Source: Candidatus Micrarchaeota archaeon
GTDB lineage: Archaea > Micrarchaeota > Micrarchaeia > Anstonellales > Bilamarchaeaceae
Direction of reading: 5' to 3'
Assembly (NCBI GenBank): GCA_043812915.1
Contig: JBDRLQ010000016.1
Coordinates: 1 to 64,000 of the forward strand
Length of the DNA stretch: 64,000 nucleotides
Part shown: positions 55,606 to 64,000 of the stretch, piece by piece
Layout: every line of letters starts with the position of its first letter
Numbering within the stretch: position 1 is the first letter of the stretch
Program-made: the position numbers and the translations under genes
Notes under the pieces: model-generated
Seen by the model: only the letters and a program-made list of their open reading frames with translations
The model's database searches: none
What the model was told of the DNA's origin: nothing

Positions 55606-56901
55606 ATGACAAATGCTTCTGTTGTTCAGAATGGCCAGGTTAACTCCAAGAGGCCTTTTGTTGAGATGGCATTTCCCAAGCCCGTCAGGAAAGCCTTCAG
55701 GTGGATGAATTATAGATTCAATGAGCATGGCAGTGTTATCCATACGCTTGCAAAAAGCCTGCCCGAAGAGCAGAAAGCGCAAGTGGATGAGCATGGCAAG
55801 AGATTCTGTGCCGCGCGCTTGAAGAAGAATGTGCCAATGGGCTTCAGGACTGTCCTAACCTCACTCGTTATAGGTCAGGGTATGTGGTATCTCGTCTGCC
55901 CGTGGCTCTCGCACCAGCCCGGAATAGAGAATATGGCAACTCTTCCAAGGTGGCTTCTAACAGGTGGGCTCGACAAGCTTTTCCTGACTCATGAAGGCCT
56001 GCTTTACCATACGGATGGCTACAGCCGCGATTTCGCGCTTGGGCTTGCCAGCAGGGTTCCACAGACAGTTGGTGTCGGGCTCGCGCTTTTCGCTGCCGAA
56101 ATTGCAACTGATTTCTCAAGGTGCTGGATAGAGAGGTGGCAGCAGAAGACATGGGGAATCCTCCCGGATGGGGCTGCCAGGCTATATGGCCAGGCAAGGC
56201 CCTTCCCGGTAAGGTATTCCAGCCTTGAGGCTTACCAGAAAATAATCAGCGTTGCGCTCCGCCCCTGGGCTCTTGGAACTCCGGCGCAGATATTCAGCAG
56301 CATCACGGGCATCTTCGGCTCAATATGGCGGACCGGCCCGCAGGTGCTCTTGGTTGCGACCCTCGGCCGCGGCCTCGATAAGTTCTTCAAGAAGGCCGCC
56401 GGGTGGACGAGGCTATCGAAAATCGCCAATAAAATCTTCGAAGCCGGAAAGAAGGAGGAAGAGAAAGCGCTTGAGGATATCCGGAAAGCTGTTGGCAACA
56501 AGAAGTCGGTTGCCCTCGATTTCATGCTCGCGGCCGATTCAAAGCTCCTCTTCAAATTAAACCCGTTCAGGCAGGGCATTACCCTTGAGAACGCGGAGAA
56601 GGCAGCTGAAATCACACTAAGGGGGACTGAGCTGGAAGAATACCTTCTGACGACTGCCTGCGGCGATAGGCATCTTATTGATGTCCAGCTGGAATTCAGG
56701 AAAACGCTTGCAGAGTGCCTTGTGGGTGTCGATGATATATTCGGGAAGAAGGCACTTGCCAAGGTCCCTGACTATCAGGAATTGATGGAACTGATGGACC
56801 GCCCTGAGTGGGACAACTCCTCCATCGGGGATATGCATGAGGCTGCAGAGCTCCTGGGCGCGACATTGGAGAACCTGCGCACAGAGCGCGTCATCCGCTG
56901 A
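55606..56901 (+). CDS. Hypothetical membrane-associated protein
   Basis: 431-aa ORF with several hydrophobic segments; upstream TTTATAAA. Confidence 0.65.
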   Translation: MTNASVVQNGQVNSKRPFVEMAFPKPVRKAFRWMNYRFNEHGSVIHTLAKSLPEEQKAQVDEHGKRFCAARLKKNVPMGFRTVLTSLVIGQGMWYLVCPWLSHQPGIENMATLPRWLLTGGLDKLFLTHEGLLYHTDGYSRDFALGLASRVPQTVGVGLALFAAEIATDFSRCWIERWQQKTWGILPDGAARLYGQARPFPVRYSSLEAYQKIISVALRPWALGTPAQIFSSITGIFGSIWRTGPQVLLVATLGRGLDKFFKKAAGWTRLSKIANKIFEAGKKEEEKALEDIRKAVGNKKSVALDFMLAADSKLLFKLNPFRQGITLENAEKAAEITLRGTELEEYLLTTACGDRHLIDVQLEFRKTLAECLVGVDDIFGKKALAKVPDYQELMELMDRPEWDNSSIGDMHEAAELLGATLENLRTERVIR

Positions 56902-56971
56902 AAAAACGGCTAAACGGTTTTAAACGTTCCTTGATATTTCTCCTTTTGTTCTTTAATTTCGGTGACCAGTC

Positions 56972-58588
56972 ATGACAGATGGAGAGAAGATTTTCAAACA
57001 GTTCAGAGAGCACTCTGTCGCAGAGTTCTTCAAGAAGAACCGGCAGATGCTCGGTTTCACAGGCAAGGTCCGCTCGCTCACGATGATTGTGCACGAGTTC
57101 GTGACCAACGGGCTTGATGCGGCCGAGGAGGCGGGCATCCTTCCGGATATTTTCGTGAAAGTTGAGGAACTGGGAGATGAGCATTACAGGCTGACAATCA
57201 GGGACAACGGGCCAGGAATCCCCAAGAAGCACCTTGGGAAGGCGCTTGGCCAAATGCTTGCCGGGACTAAGTTCCACCGCTTCATCCAGCAGAGGGGCCA
57301 GCAGGGCATCGGCGCCTCGGCATGTGTTATGTTCTCGTATATCACAACTGGAACCTCCGCGCAGGTCGTCTCCTGCTCTGGCAATATGAGATACAGCTGC
57401 TCAATAGGAATAGATTTCAAGACCAACAGCCCTGTAATCAAGGACCTTGTGGAAGAGGAGACTGAGGATCATGGCCTCACGGTAGTTTCTGAATACAAGG
57501 AAGTGAAATACGAAAGAAGCAACAAGGGGGTCTTCGAATACCTGAGAAGGACCGCGCTTGCAAATCCCCATTGTTCAATCACTTTGGAGGAGCCGAGCGG
57601 GGAGAACACGGTATTCCCCCGCTCCGTAGAGAAGAATCCCGCAAAGCCGTATGAAATCAAGCCGCACCCTATGGGGGTTGGTCCGCACGACTTATTGGAG
57701 CTGTGCAGGCAGCCGGGGGAGAACAGGAAGCTCTCGGCATTCCTGCAGAACACCTTCTCCAGGATGAGTGCCAACAAGGTCTCTGAACTTAGGGAACTGG
57801 CGCCCGGAGTCGATTTCGACAAGAGGCCTGAGAAGCTTGAATGGAGCGAGGCGGAAGCGGTCGTGAAGGCGTTCCAGCAGGTCAAATGGATTGCCCCACC
57901 GACGGACTCTCTTGTCCCTATAGGGAAGGAGCAGATAGAAATCTCATTCCAGAATATTTTCAATCCTGAAATCATGATGGTGACTGGAAGGAGCCCGAAA
58001 ATCTACAGGGGCGGAATCCCGTTCTCCGTGGAAGTCGGAATCGCCTATGGGGGCGGAGTGCGGGACGCTGGAAAGCGCGGGGAAGTGATGCGCTTTGCGA
58101 ACAAGGTGCCGCTCCTCTTCGACACCGGGGGCTGCGCGATTACAGAGACCGTCAAGGGGATGGACTGGAAGCGCTACAACCTCAAGAACTTCGAAGAGGA
58201 GCCCGTTGCCGTCCTGGTCAATCTTGTCAGCGTACATGTACCGTTCACTAGCGCGGGCAAGCAGGCAATCTCCCATGAGGAGGATGTGATGGATGAAATC
58301 AAGTTCGCGCTCATGGAGGCCTCAAGGGGGATACAGAGGTATCTCTCCGGAAAGAGGAAGGCCAACGAGATCGCCTCAAAGAAGAAGGTCGTCAGCAGGT
58401 ATGTCAAGCAGATATCATCAGACCTGGCGATCCTAACGGGCGGGAAGAAGTCAGAGATAGAGAAGAAGCTCACGGAAATAATCAACGAGAAATACGTTAA
58501 GGCTAAGCCTTCCAAGGAGGAGGATGAGCTTCCGACAAGGGGGGAAGCAGAGCCGGAAGAGGATGCCAGGGAGGGTGATGAGGAATGA
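56972..58588 (+). CDS. top6B: DNA topoisomerase VI subunit B
   Basis: SVAEFFKKNRQMLGF, EFVTNGLDA, DNGPG, QQRGQQGIG, RFANKVPL. Confidence 0.97.
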   Translation: MTDGEKIFKQFREHSVAEFFKKNRQMLGFTGKVRSLTMIVHEFVTNGLDAAEEAGILPDIFVKVEELGDEHYRLTIRDNGPGIPKKHLGKALGQMLAGTKFHRFIQQRGQQGIGASACVMFSYITTGTSAQVVSCSGNMRYSCSIGIDFKTNSPVIKDLVEEETEDHGLTVVSEYKEVKYERSNKGVFEYLRRTALANPHCSITLEEPSGENTVFPRSVEKNPAKPYEIKPHPMGVGPHDLLELCRQPGENRKLSAFLQNTFSRMSANKVSELRELAPGVDFDKRPEKLEWSEAEAVVKAFQQVKWIAPPTDSLVPIGKEQIEISFQNIFNPEIMMVTGRSPKIYRGGIPFSVEVGIAYGGGVRDAGKRGEVMRFANKVPLLFDTGGCAITETVKGMDWKRYNLKNFEEEPVAVLVNLVSVHVPFTSAGKQAISHEEDVMDEIKFALMEASRGIQRYLSGKRKANEIASKKKVVSRYVKQISSDLAILTGGKKSEIEKKLTEIINEKYVKAKPSKEEDELPTRGEAEPEEDAREGDEE

Positions 58589-59682
58589 ACGACGATCGGG
58601 CGATGAAGAAGCTGGAAGGCCTTGGCGTGAATATGGTCAAGGAGATCGACAATGGGGATGGCCCCAGTTTCGAGACTGTGCTAAGGACCAGGAGCAACAC
58701 TTTCTATGACGAGAGTGTCGGCTGCCTCAGGACCGGCGACAAGAAGGAGACAAGGAAATTCCTGAGCGTTGCCCAAGCAAGGACCTTCATGCAGACAGTC
58801 GCTGTCGCGGCAAAGACCCGCCAGTTCCTGAAGGAGAAGCTCCACACATCAATCAGGGGCCTTTTCTACCAGCTCAAGTTCTCCTTGGGCGAGAATCTTG
58901 ATGAGGAGCTTTTCTCAGAGCAGTCTGAATCGAACGCGCTGCTTGAGGACCTGGAAGTAGCCCTCAGGCTCAAAAGGGAAGACCTGCACCTTACAACAGA
59001 CAGGAAAGGCTTCGTTGCCGGCCCGATGAAAATCCGGGACAAGTTCGGCGGGGACGAGACCGTAATCGACGCTACCAAGCTCGGCAGGTCCGGCTGGTCA
59101 ATCCCGAGCGATGTTGACAATGACATGGAAATCGAGGAGGTGAAAGCCGACTATGTCCTTGTCTGCGAGAAAGATGCGCTATGGCAGCGCCTCAATGAGG
59201 ACAAGTTCTGGAAGAAGGAGAACTGCATACTTATTACCCCAAAAGGCCAGTCCTCCAGGGGATGCAGGCGCATTATCCGCAAGTTGGCGGATGAGAAGCT
59301 TCCGGTATACGTATTCACTGACTGCGATGCCTGGGGGTGGTACATCTACTGGGCGATAAAGACAGGTTCCATGAACCTTGCGTACCTCGGGCAGGACTTC
59401 TCAGTGCCTGAAGCCAAGTTCCTGGGGGTGACAATGCAGGACATCCGCGACTATGAGTTCCTGGATAAGCTCACGATAAAGGCCAAGGAAGTGGACATCA
59501 AGCGCGCAGCTGAGATGCTGGAATATCCATGGATAAACCGGCACAAGGAGTGGGTGAAAGAACTCAAAGAGGTCCTGAAGACGAAGAAGAAGATTGAGCA
59601 GGACGCCCTGCAGGGGCAGAAGCTCACTTTCGTCGGGGAATATGTCAAGAGCAAGATTGAGGATGAGGCCTGGCTCCCGTAG
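58585..59682 (+). CDS. top6A: DNA topoisomerase VI subunit A
   Basis: SIRGLFY, QSES, CEKDA, KGQ, DCDAWGWYI, KIEQDAL. Confidence 0.96.
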   Translation: MNDDRAMKKLEGLGVNMVKEIDNGDGPSFETVLRTRSNTFYDESVGCLRTGDKKETRKFLSVAQARTFMQTVAVAAKTRQFLKEKLHTSIRGLFYQLKFSLGENLDEELFSEQSESNALLEDLEVALRLKREDLHLTTDRKGFVAGPMKIRDKFGGDETVIDATKLGRSGWSIPSDVDNDMEIEEVKADYVLVCEKDALWQRLNEDKFWKKENCILITPKGQSSRGCRRIIRKLADEKLPVYVFTDCDAWGWYIYWAIKTGSMNLAYLGQDFSVPEAKFLGVTMQDIRDYEFLDKLTIKAKEVDIKRAAEMLEYPWINRHKEWVKELKEVLKTKKKIEQDALQGQKLTFVGEYVKSKIEDEAWLP

Positions 59683-59809
59683 CATGGGCTCTCCTCAAGG
59701 GAGGCAAGAAAAAATAGATTTTTTTACTTTCCTTTTTTTCAATTTAGCGTCGAATTTTGCATACATCTTGCCAAAACATTTATAAATCTTGCCACAGATT
59801 CCTCCCCCT

Positions 59810-62800
59810 ATGCGAGCCAACGTTGTAATGATTCTGACCATGGTTTTAGTGTTTTCCTCCCTGGGATTCGCCCAGTTCACATTCGGCCCGGGAGACCCGG
59901 CAAACGATTGCAGCAACCCTGCATTCGGGACTATGACCTTTGCTGCCTCAGGCACATATACCTGGGTGGGCGGCCCTAGTATGTTATATGACAACACTAC
60001 AGGCTCTGGCCCTAACGGGTTCAATTGCATAGATGTGGTGGCTTCCGATGTGGTCATAGACTGCATGAACAATGTTATTGATGGCAGCGCAGGTAATGGT
60101 GACATCGGCATATATATCGCATTGGGAGTTGACAACGTCACAATCAGGAACTGTGTCATACAGGAATTCGGATGGGGGTCCGCTGGCGGGGCAGGGCACA
60201 GGCTAGCTGTCGGCAACATATTCGTTGATGGTGCGACAGATGTCGTGCTGGACAGTTCAAACCTCACATTCATCTTCTCTTCGCCCGGCTTGGGGGACCA
60301 TATCGCCTACAATGCCCTAATATCTACGTCAGGGCTCACGCTGAACAATTCGCATCTTCTGACGTTCATGCCCCCTGTCCCTGGATCCAATGCGGCAGGC
60401 ATAGCAGGCAGGCTTGCCGATGGCTCGCAAATATCGGCGCCTGTTGATGATGTCACAATTGAGGCCTCAAGCATCGAGCAACAGCCGACACACGGCGCTT
60501 GGATAGATGGCGACAACGTGCAGGTTTATGGCGGGAGCATATTCGAATGGAATACTCTTAATGGCCTTTACATTAACGGTGCGAATGATTACATCGAGGG
60601 CAACACTTTTAATAACAATATGGGGACCGGGCTTGTGATGTCCAATGCTTATAATTCGCAGGTTCTCTCCAATGACATGATTGGGAACGGCAATTACGGT
60701 GCTGCCTTCGTCCTTGCGGAGGATGTTTATTTCTTTGACAACAACGCCTCGAACAATGGGGGCGGAGGCCTTATCATCGAGGAATCGGAAAATATCACCG
60801 CAGAGGAAAATGAGATGAGCGGAAACACGGATGAAGGAATCTGGGTGGAATCCTCCGGAGTTGCGAATACGGACATCCATATCCTCTCCAATATTATATA
60901 CGATAATGACTATGGAATTGTGATGGAGAATTCCGTTGATTCTGAAATCGACGGAAATGAAATCTGGGACATCAACAATGCGGGAATCCACCTTGAGGGC
61001 GTCGACCCGACAACCGTAAGCGACAATGACGTGGCATTGTGCGACCAGGGCATCTACGCATGCGACGTGCAGTACGTCACTTTCGAATGGAATGAGATTC
61101 ATGACAACTCAAATGAGGGTTTCTATCTTGAAGTTGGATGCGACCCGGGAGCGGTGAATGAGTACATCACCTTCGACAACAACGAAATATACAGCAACGG
61201 TGATGACGGAATCTACGCGGCATACACAGACTACATAACGATGACTGACAACCAGGTATATGGCCACGGCTCAAGCGATGGTGCGGAGCTTTACTGGTGC
61301 TATGCGCCCGAGATATATAGTGACAATAACTTCTCGCTGAACAGCGACAACGGCCTTTACCTCAACACATGGTGCGATGATGCGGTCGTCTACGACAACA
61401 CGTTCTCAGACAATGATTTCGGCTTCAGGATGTACGACGGGTTCAACCTGTATCTCTATGACAACCGGTTCTGGGACAATGACGGCTCAGCAGGTGCATA
61501 CATAGTCGATTCCGACACCATCAATATTTACGACAACGAATTCCTTGGGAACAGTTATGGTGTCTATGCGGACCCGACCACCAGCATAAACATCACAGGA
61601 AATACGATAAACGACAGCACGAATTCAGGAATATACTACGACACCATTATGACGAGCTATATCTACAACAACTATGTAGGGTACAGTGGGGATGATGGAA
61701 TTGAAATAACAGCTTCCGACTCTGTAGACATTATAGACAATGTTGTGGAGGAAACCAGCTCTGGGGACTGTGTTTACATAGTTAATAGCCCCCTTTCCAA
61801 TATCAATGGCAACACGCTCAGGTACTGCGACAGCGACGGAATCGAGCTTGATAATGCGGAGTTTACGACCATCGACCCCAATTATATACATGACTGCGGG
61901 GATAATGGTATCTACGTGGCGGGCGGTTCTGATTCTGTGACGATAGACGGCAACTTCATATATGACAACCAGATTGGTCTCTACATGGAGGACGGCCTTG
62001 CAACCGTCACCAACAATGAGGTATATGACAATGACGAGCAGGGCATATACCTGGATGGAGCATACGATGGCGTCTTTGAGGACAACATTGTCTACGACAA
62101 CGGCTATTCTGGCTATTACTTGGACATCAACGCTAACGGTAACACGTTCACCGATGATGTCCTTTATGGAAACGGCTATGACTGTGTTTTTGACTGGGAT
62201 CCAGAATGCTATGGATTCTATATAGCCAACAGCGATGATCCTGAGCTGATTAATGTTGTTTCGCGCGACTCCTGGGCAGGGGTGTGGTTCTCGACAGTGA
62301 ACAGCCCAATTCTGACTGATGTACGGGTTTACGGGAACACTGAGGATTCTCTGTATATGGAAGGGGCCACAAATATAGATTTCACTAGGGTCGAGCTCTA
62401 CAACAACGGCGGATACGGTTTCTACTTCGATTCTGCCAGCACTGGAACAATGACTGACTGTACAGTCCACGACAACGGGCCAGCAGTGTATGGTATTGAG
62501 CTGTATGGCGCCAGTGACATCACTGCGGACAACCTGCAGATATACAACCATGTGGATGCATGGCTGTATGTCGAGTCCGGTTCCACGCTTGACACAACTG
62601 ACCTGACAATCGGCTACAATACTTTATATGGCGCCGACTGGCCCCCAACCACAATCTTTGACGGGGCTCAGAACACTGACATCTATGACACCAACTTCCT
62701 TATCGGGCCTGACTTCGTCTCAATGGACAGCACCGACCCGGATACGGATGAGATGAATGTCGCAGGTGTCACTTTGAGGACCCAGGTCGGAGGATGCACT

Positions 62801-63919
62801 GGCATCACTTATTATCATGCGGCAGGTTTCCCTGCAGATGCGGATGAGGTGATTGCAACCGGGGCGCCATTCACTCCAGGCACCAAAGGGTGCGTCGGTT
62901 CTGTTGCGACCTATGAGGCTTCACTGAACTTCTCAGGATACACCGCAGGGGGGACTCTCTCATCCAGCGGTGGAAGCTCTGCAGAGACCAAGAGAATGAC
63001 GGTCGAGTCAGAGATTCTCTGCCCGGGCGATGAGGTGGAACTCACAGTCACACACAGCGGTTCGCCAGTTGTTGGAGTGAATGTTGAGCTCACCCAGTAC
63101 AACCCGTATATGGGGGTTGTCGCAAGCGGCACCACCGACAGCAATGGGAAGGTGACCCTTGACCTGCCTGCTAGCGGTGTCTACAGGGCTCATCTGAGCA
63201 AATCAGGCTATACTTACCTCAATCCGTATGTCTTTGAGCACTCCTTGTGCTCAGGGATGGCGCCTGGCGCCTGCAGGACGGATTCCGGATGCGCCCCTGC
63301 CGAAGCCTGCGTGGCTGGCAGCTGTGTCGCCCTTACAGGCGACTGCGGCTATGCCTCGGGGCATGTCTGGATTGACTATGGGTGCTGCTCCAATGCGGAC
63401 TGCGCGGCCGGAACAAGCTGCGTGGGCCACGTTTGCATGAGTCCTGAGGAGGAAGTTCATGAAGGCGCTCCAGGGGAAGGCACAACGCCTCCGGGAGAGG
63501 TAATCGCGGAAGAGGATGCAGATGCTGCTGCAGCGGCCCTGACAGCGCTTGATGAAGCCACCGGAGCAATCTGGGAGGCTGACCAGGCCGGGAAGGACAC
63601 AACTGCCGCCAAAGCGAAGTTCATGGAGGCCCAGAATGCCTACAACTCAGGCGACTATGCCAAAGCCAAGGAACTTGCCGAGGAAGCCAAGAGATTAGCT
63701 AATGAAGCCGCGGCGCCTGCGGAGGGTGCAATTCCTGAAGCGGGCGTTGAAGGGCAGCCTACGGCTGGACAGCCGCCAGCAGCGTCTTCAGGCGGACCTG
63801 GCATGCTTCTCATAATAGTGGGCGTGGTAATCCTTATCGCTCTTGGGGCCGGTGCATACTGGCTCCTTGGCCAGGGCAAGCCAAAGGGCGGCTACAAGCC
63901 AAAAGGCGGCAGCCAGTAA
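59810..63919 (+). CDS. Large acidic right-handed beta-helix surface protein with Cys-rich stalk and C-terminal TM
   Basis: Signal peptide ending GFA; many D/N/Y-rich PbH1-like repeats; CRTDSGC...CCSNADC; Ala-rich helix; TM plus basic tail. Confidence 0.85.
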   Translation: MRANVVMILTMVLVFSSLGFAQFTFGPGDPANDCSNPAFGTMTFAASGTYTWVGGPSMLYDNTTGSGPNGFNCIDVVASDVVIDCMNNVIDGSAGNGDIGIYIALGVDNVTIRNCVIQEFGWGSAGGAGHRLAVGNIFVDGATDVVLDSSNLTFIFSSPGLGDHIAYNALISTSGLTLNNSHLLTFMPPVPGSNAAGIAGRLADGSQISAPVDDVTIEASSIEQQPTHGAWIDGDNVQVYGGSIFEWNTLNGLYINGANDYIEGNTFNNNMGTGLVMSNAYNSQVLSNDMIGNGNYGAAFVLAEDVYFFDNNASNNGGGGLIIEESENITAEENEMSGNTDEGIWVESSGVANTDIHILSNIIYDNDYGIVMENSVDSEIDGNEIWDINNAGIHLEGVDPTTVSDNDVALCDQGIYACDVQYVTFEWNEIHDNSNEGFYLEVGCDPGAVNEYITFDNNEIYSNGDDGIYAAYTDYITMTDNQVYGHGSSDGAELYWCYAPEIYSDNNFSLNSDNGLYLNTWCDDAVVYDNTFSDNDFGFRMYDGFNLYLYDNRFWDNDGSAGAYIVDSDTINIYDNEFLGNSYGVYADPTTSINITGNTINDSTNSGIYYDTIMTSYIYNNYVGYSGDDGIEITASDSVDIIDNVVEETSSGDCVYIVNSPLSNINGNTLRYCDSDGIELDNAEFTTIDPNYIHDCGDNGIYVAGGSDSVTIDGNFIYDNQIGLYMEDGLATVTNNEVYDNDEQGIYLDGAYDGVFEDNIVYDNGYSGYYLDINANGNTFTDDVLYGNGYDCVFDWDPECYGFYIANSDDPELINVVSRDSWAGVWFSTVNSPILTDVRVYGNTEDSLYMEGATNIDFTRVELYNNGGYGFYFDSASTGTMTDCTVHDNGPAVYGIELYGASDITADNLQIYNHVDAWLYVESGSTLDTTDLTIGYNTLYGADWPPTTIFDGAQNTDIYDTNFLIGPDFVSMDSTDPDTDEMNVAGVTLRTQVGGCTGITYYHAAGFPADADEVIATGAPFTPGTKGCVGSVATYEASLNFSGYTAGGTLSSSGGSSAETKRMTVESEILCPGDEVELTVTHSGSPVVGVNVELTQYNPYMGVVASGTTDSNGKVTLDLPASGVYRAHLSKSGYTYLNPYVFEHSLCSGMAPGACRTDSGCAPAEACVAGSCVALTGDCGYASGHVWIDYGCCSNADCAAGTSCVGHVCMSPEEEVHEGAPGEGTTPPGEVIAEEDADAAAAALTALDEATGAIWEADQAGKDTTAAKAKFMEAQNAYNSGDYAKAKELAEEAKRLANEAAAPAEGAIPEAGVEGQPTAGQPPAASSGGPGMLLIIVGVVILIALGAGAYWLLGQGKPKGGYKPKGGSQ

Positions 63920-63935
63920 GAAACAGGTGACTGAT

Positions 63936-64000
63936 ATGAAAAAAATATTGGCAATTTTCGGATTTCTTCTCCTTTCAGGAGTGGGCTTCGCGGCAATCGG
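63936..64000 (+). CDS. Start of a secreted protein (truncated by window edge)
   Basis: GGTGA RBS; MKKILAIFGFLLLSGVGFAAI signal peptide. Confidence 0.7.
   Translation, partial: MKKILAIFGFLLLSGVGFAAI

Overview
Gene-dense archaeal chromosomal window. Archaeal markers include Top6A/B, RIO1, Dim2/Pno1, HARP, an ERCC4 nuclease, a tRNA intron with a bulge-helix-bulge (BHB) motif and TATA-type promoters. Gene style suggests a DPANN lineage such as Micrarchaeota, which is inference only. Housekeeping and metabolic genes: folC, purL, argS, adenine deaminase, pyrE/pyrF, tRNA-Glu and tRNA-His. Four regions stand out. (1) A 14 kb surface-protein cluster (1.7-15.9 kb) in which three proteins share one unnamed domain, arranged like shaft, membrane anchor and giant tip adhesin of a fibre. 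(2) An AT-rich array of three small cassettes directly behind tRNA-His, with no integrase in the window. The cassettes carry a transglutaminase-TPR protein, a RelBE-like pair and a wHTH-Fic protein, and each ends in the same ~80-90 bp module of two 12-bp direct repeats placed exactly 42 bp before a full or truncated copy of the tRNA 3' end. (3) A ~128-nt structured ncRNA candidate with its own promoter and terminator, inside a metal/redox cluster. (4) A compact group 4 [NiFe]-hydrogenase operon with a half-size antiporter subunit and a hidden 39-aa subunit. Four small ORFs missing from the ORF track were found by hand. All family calls come from motif recognition; no searches were run.
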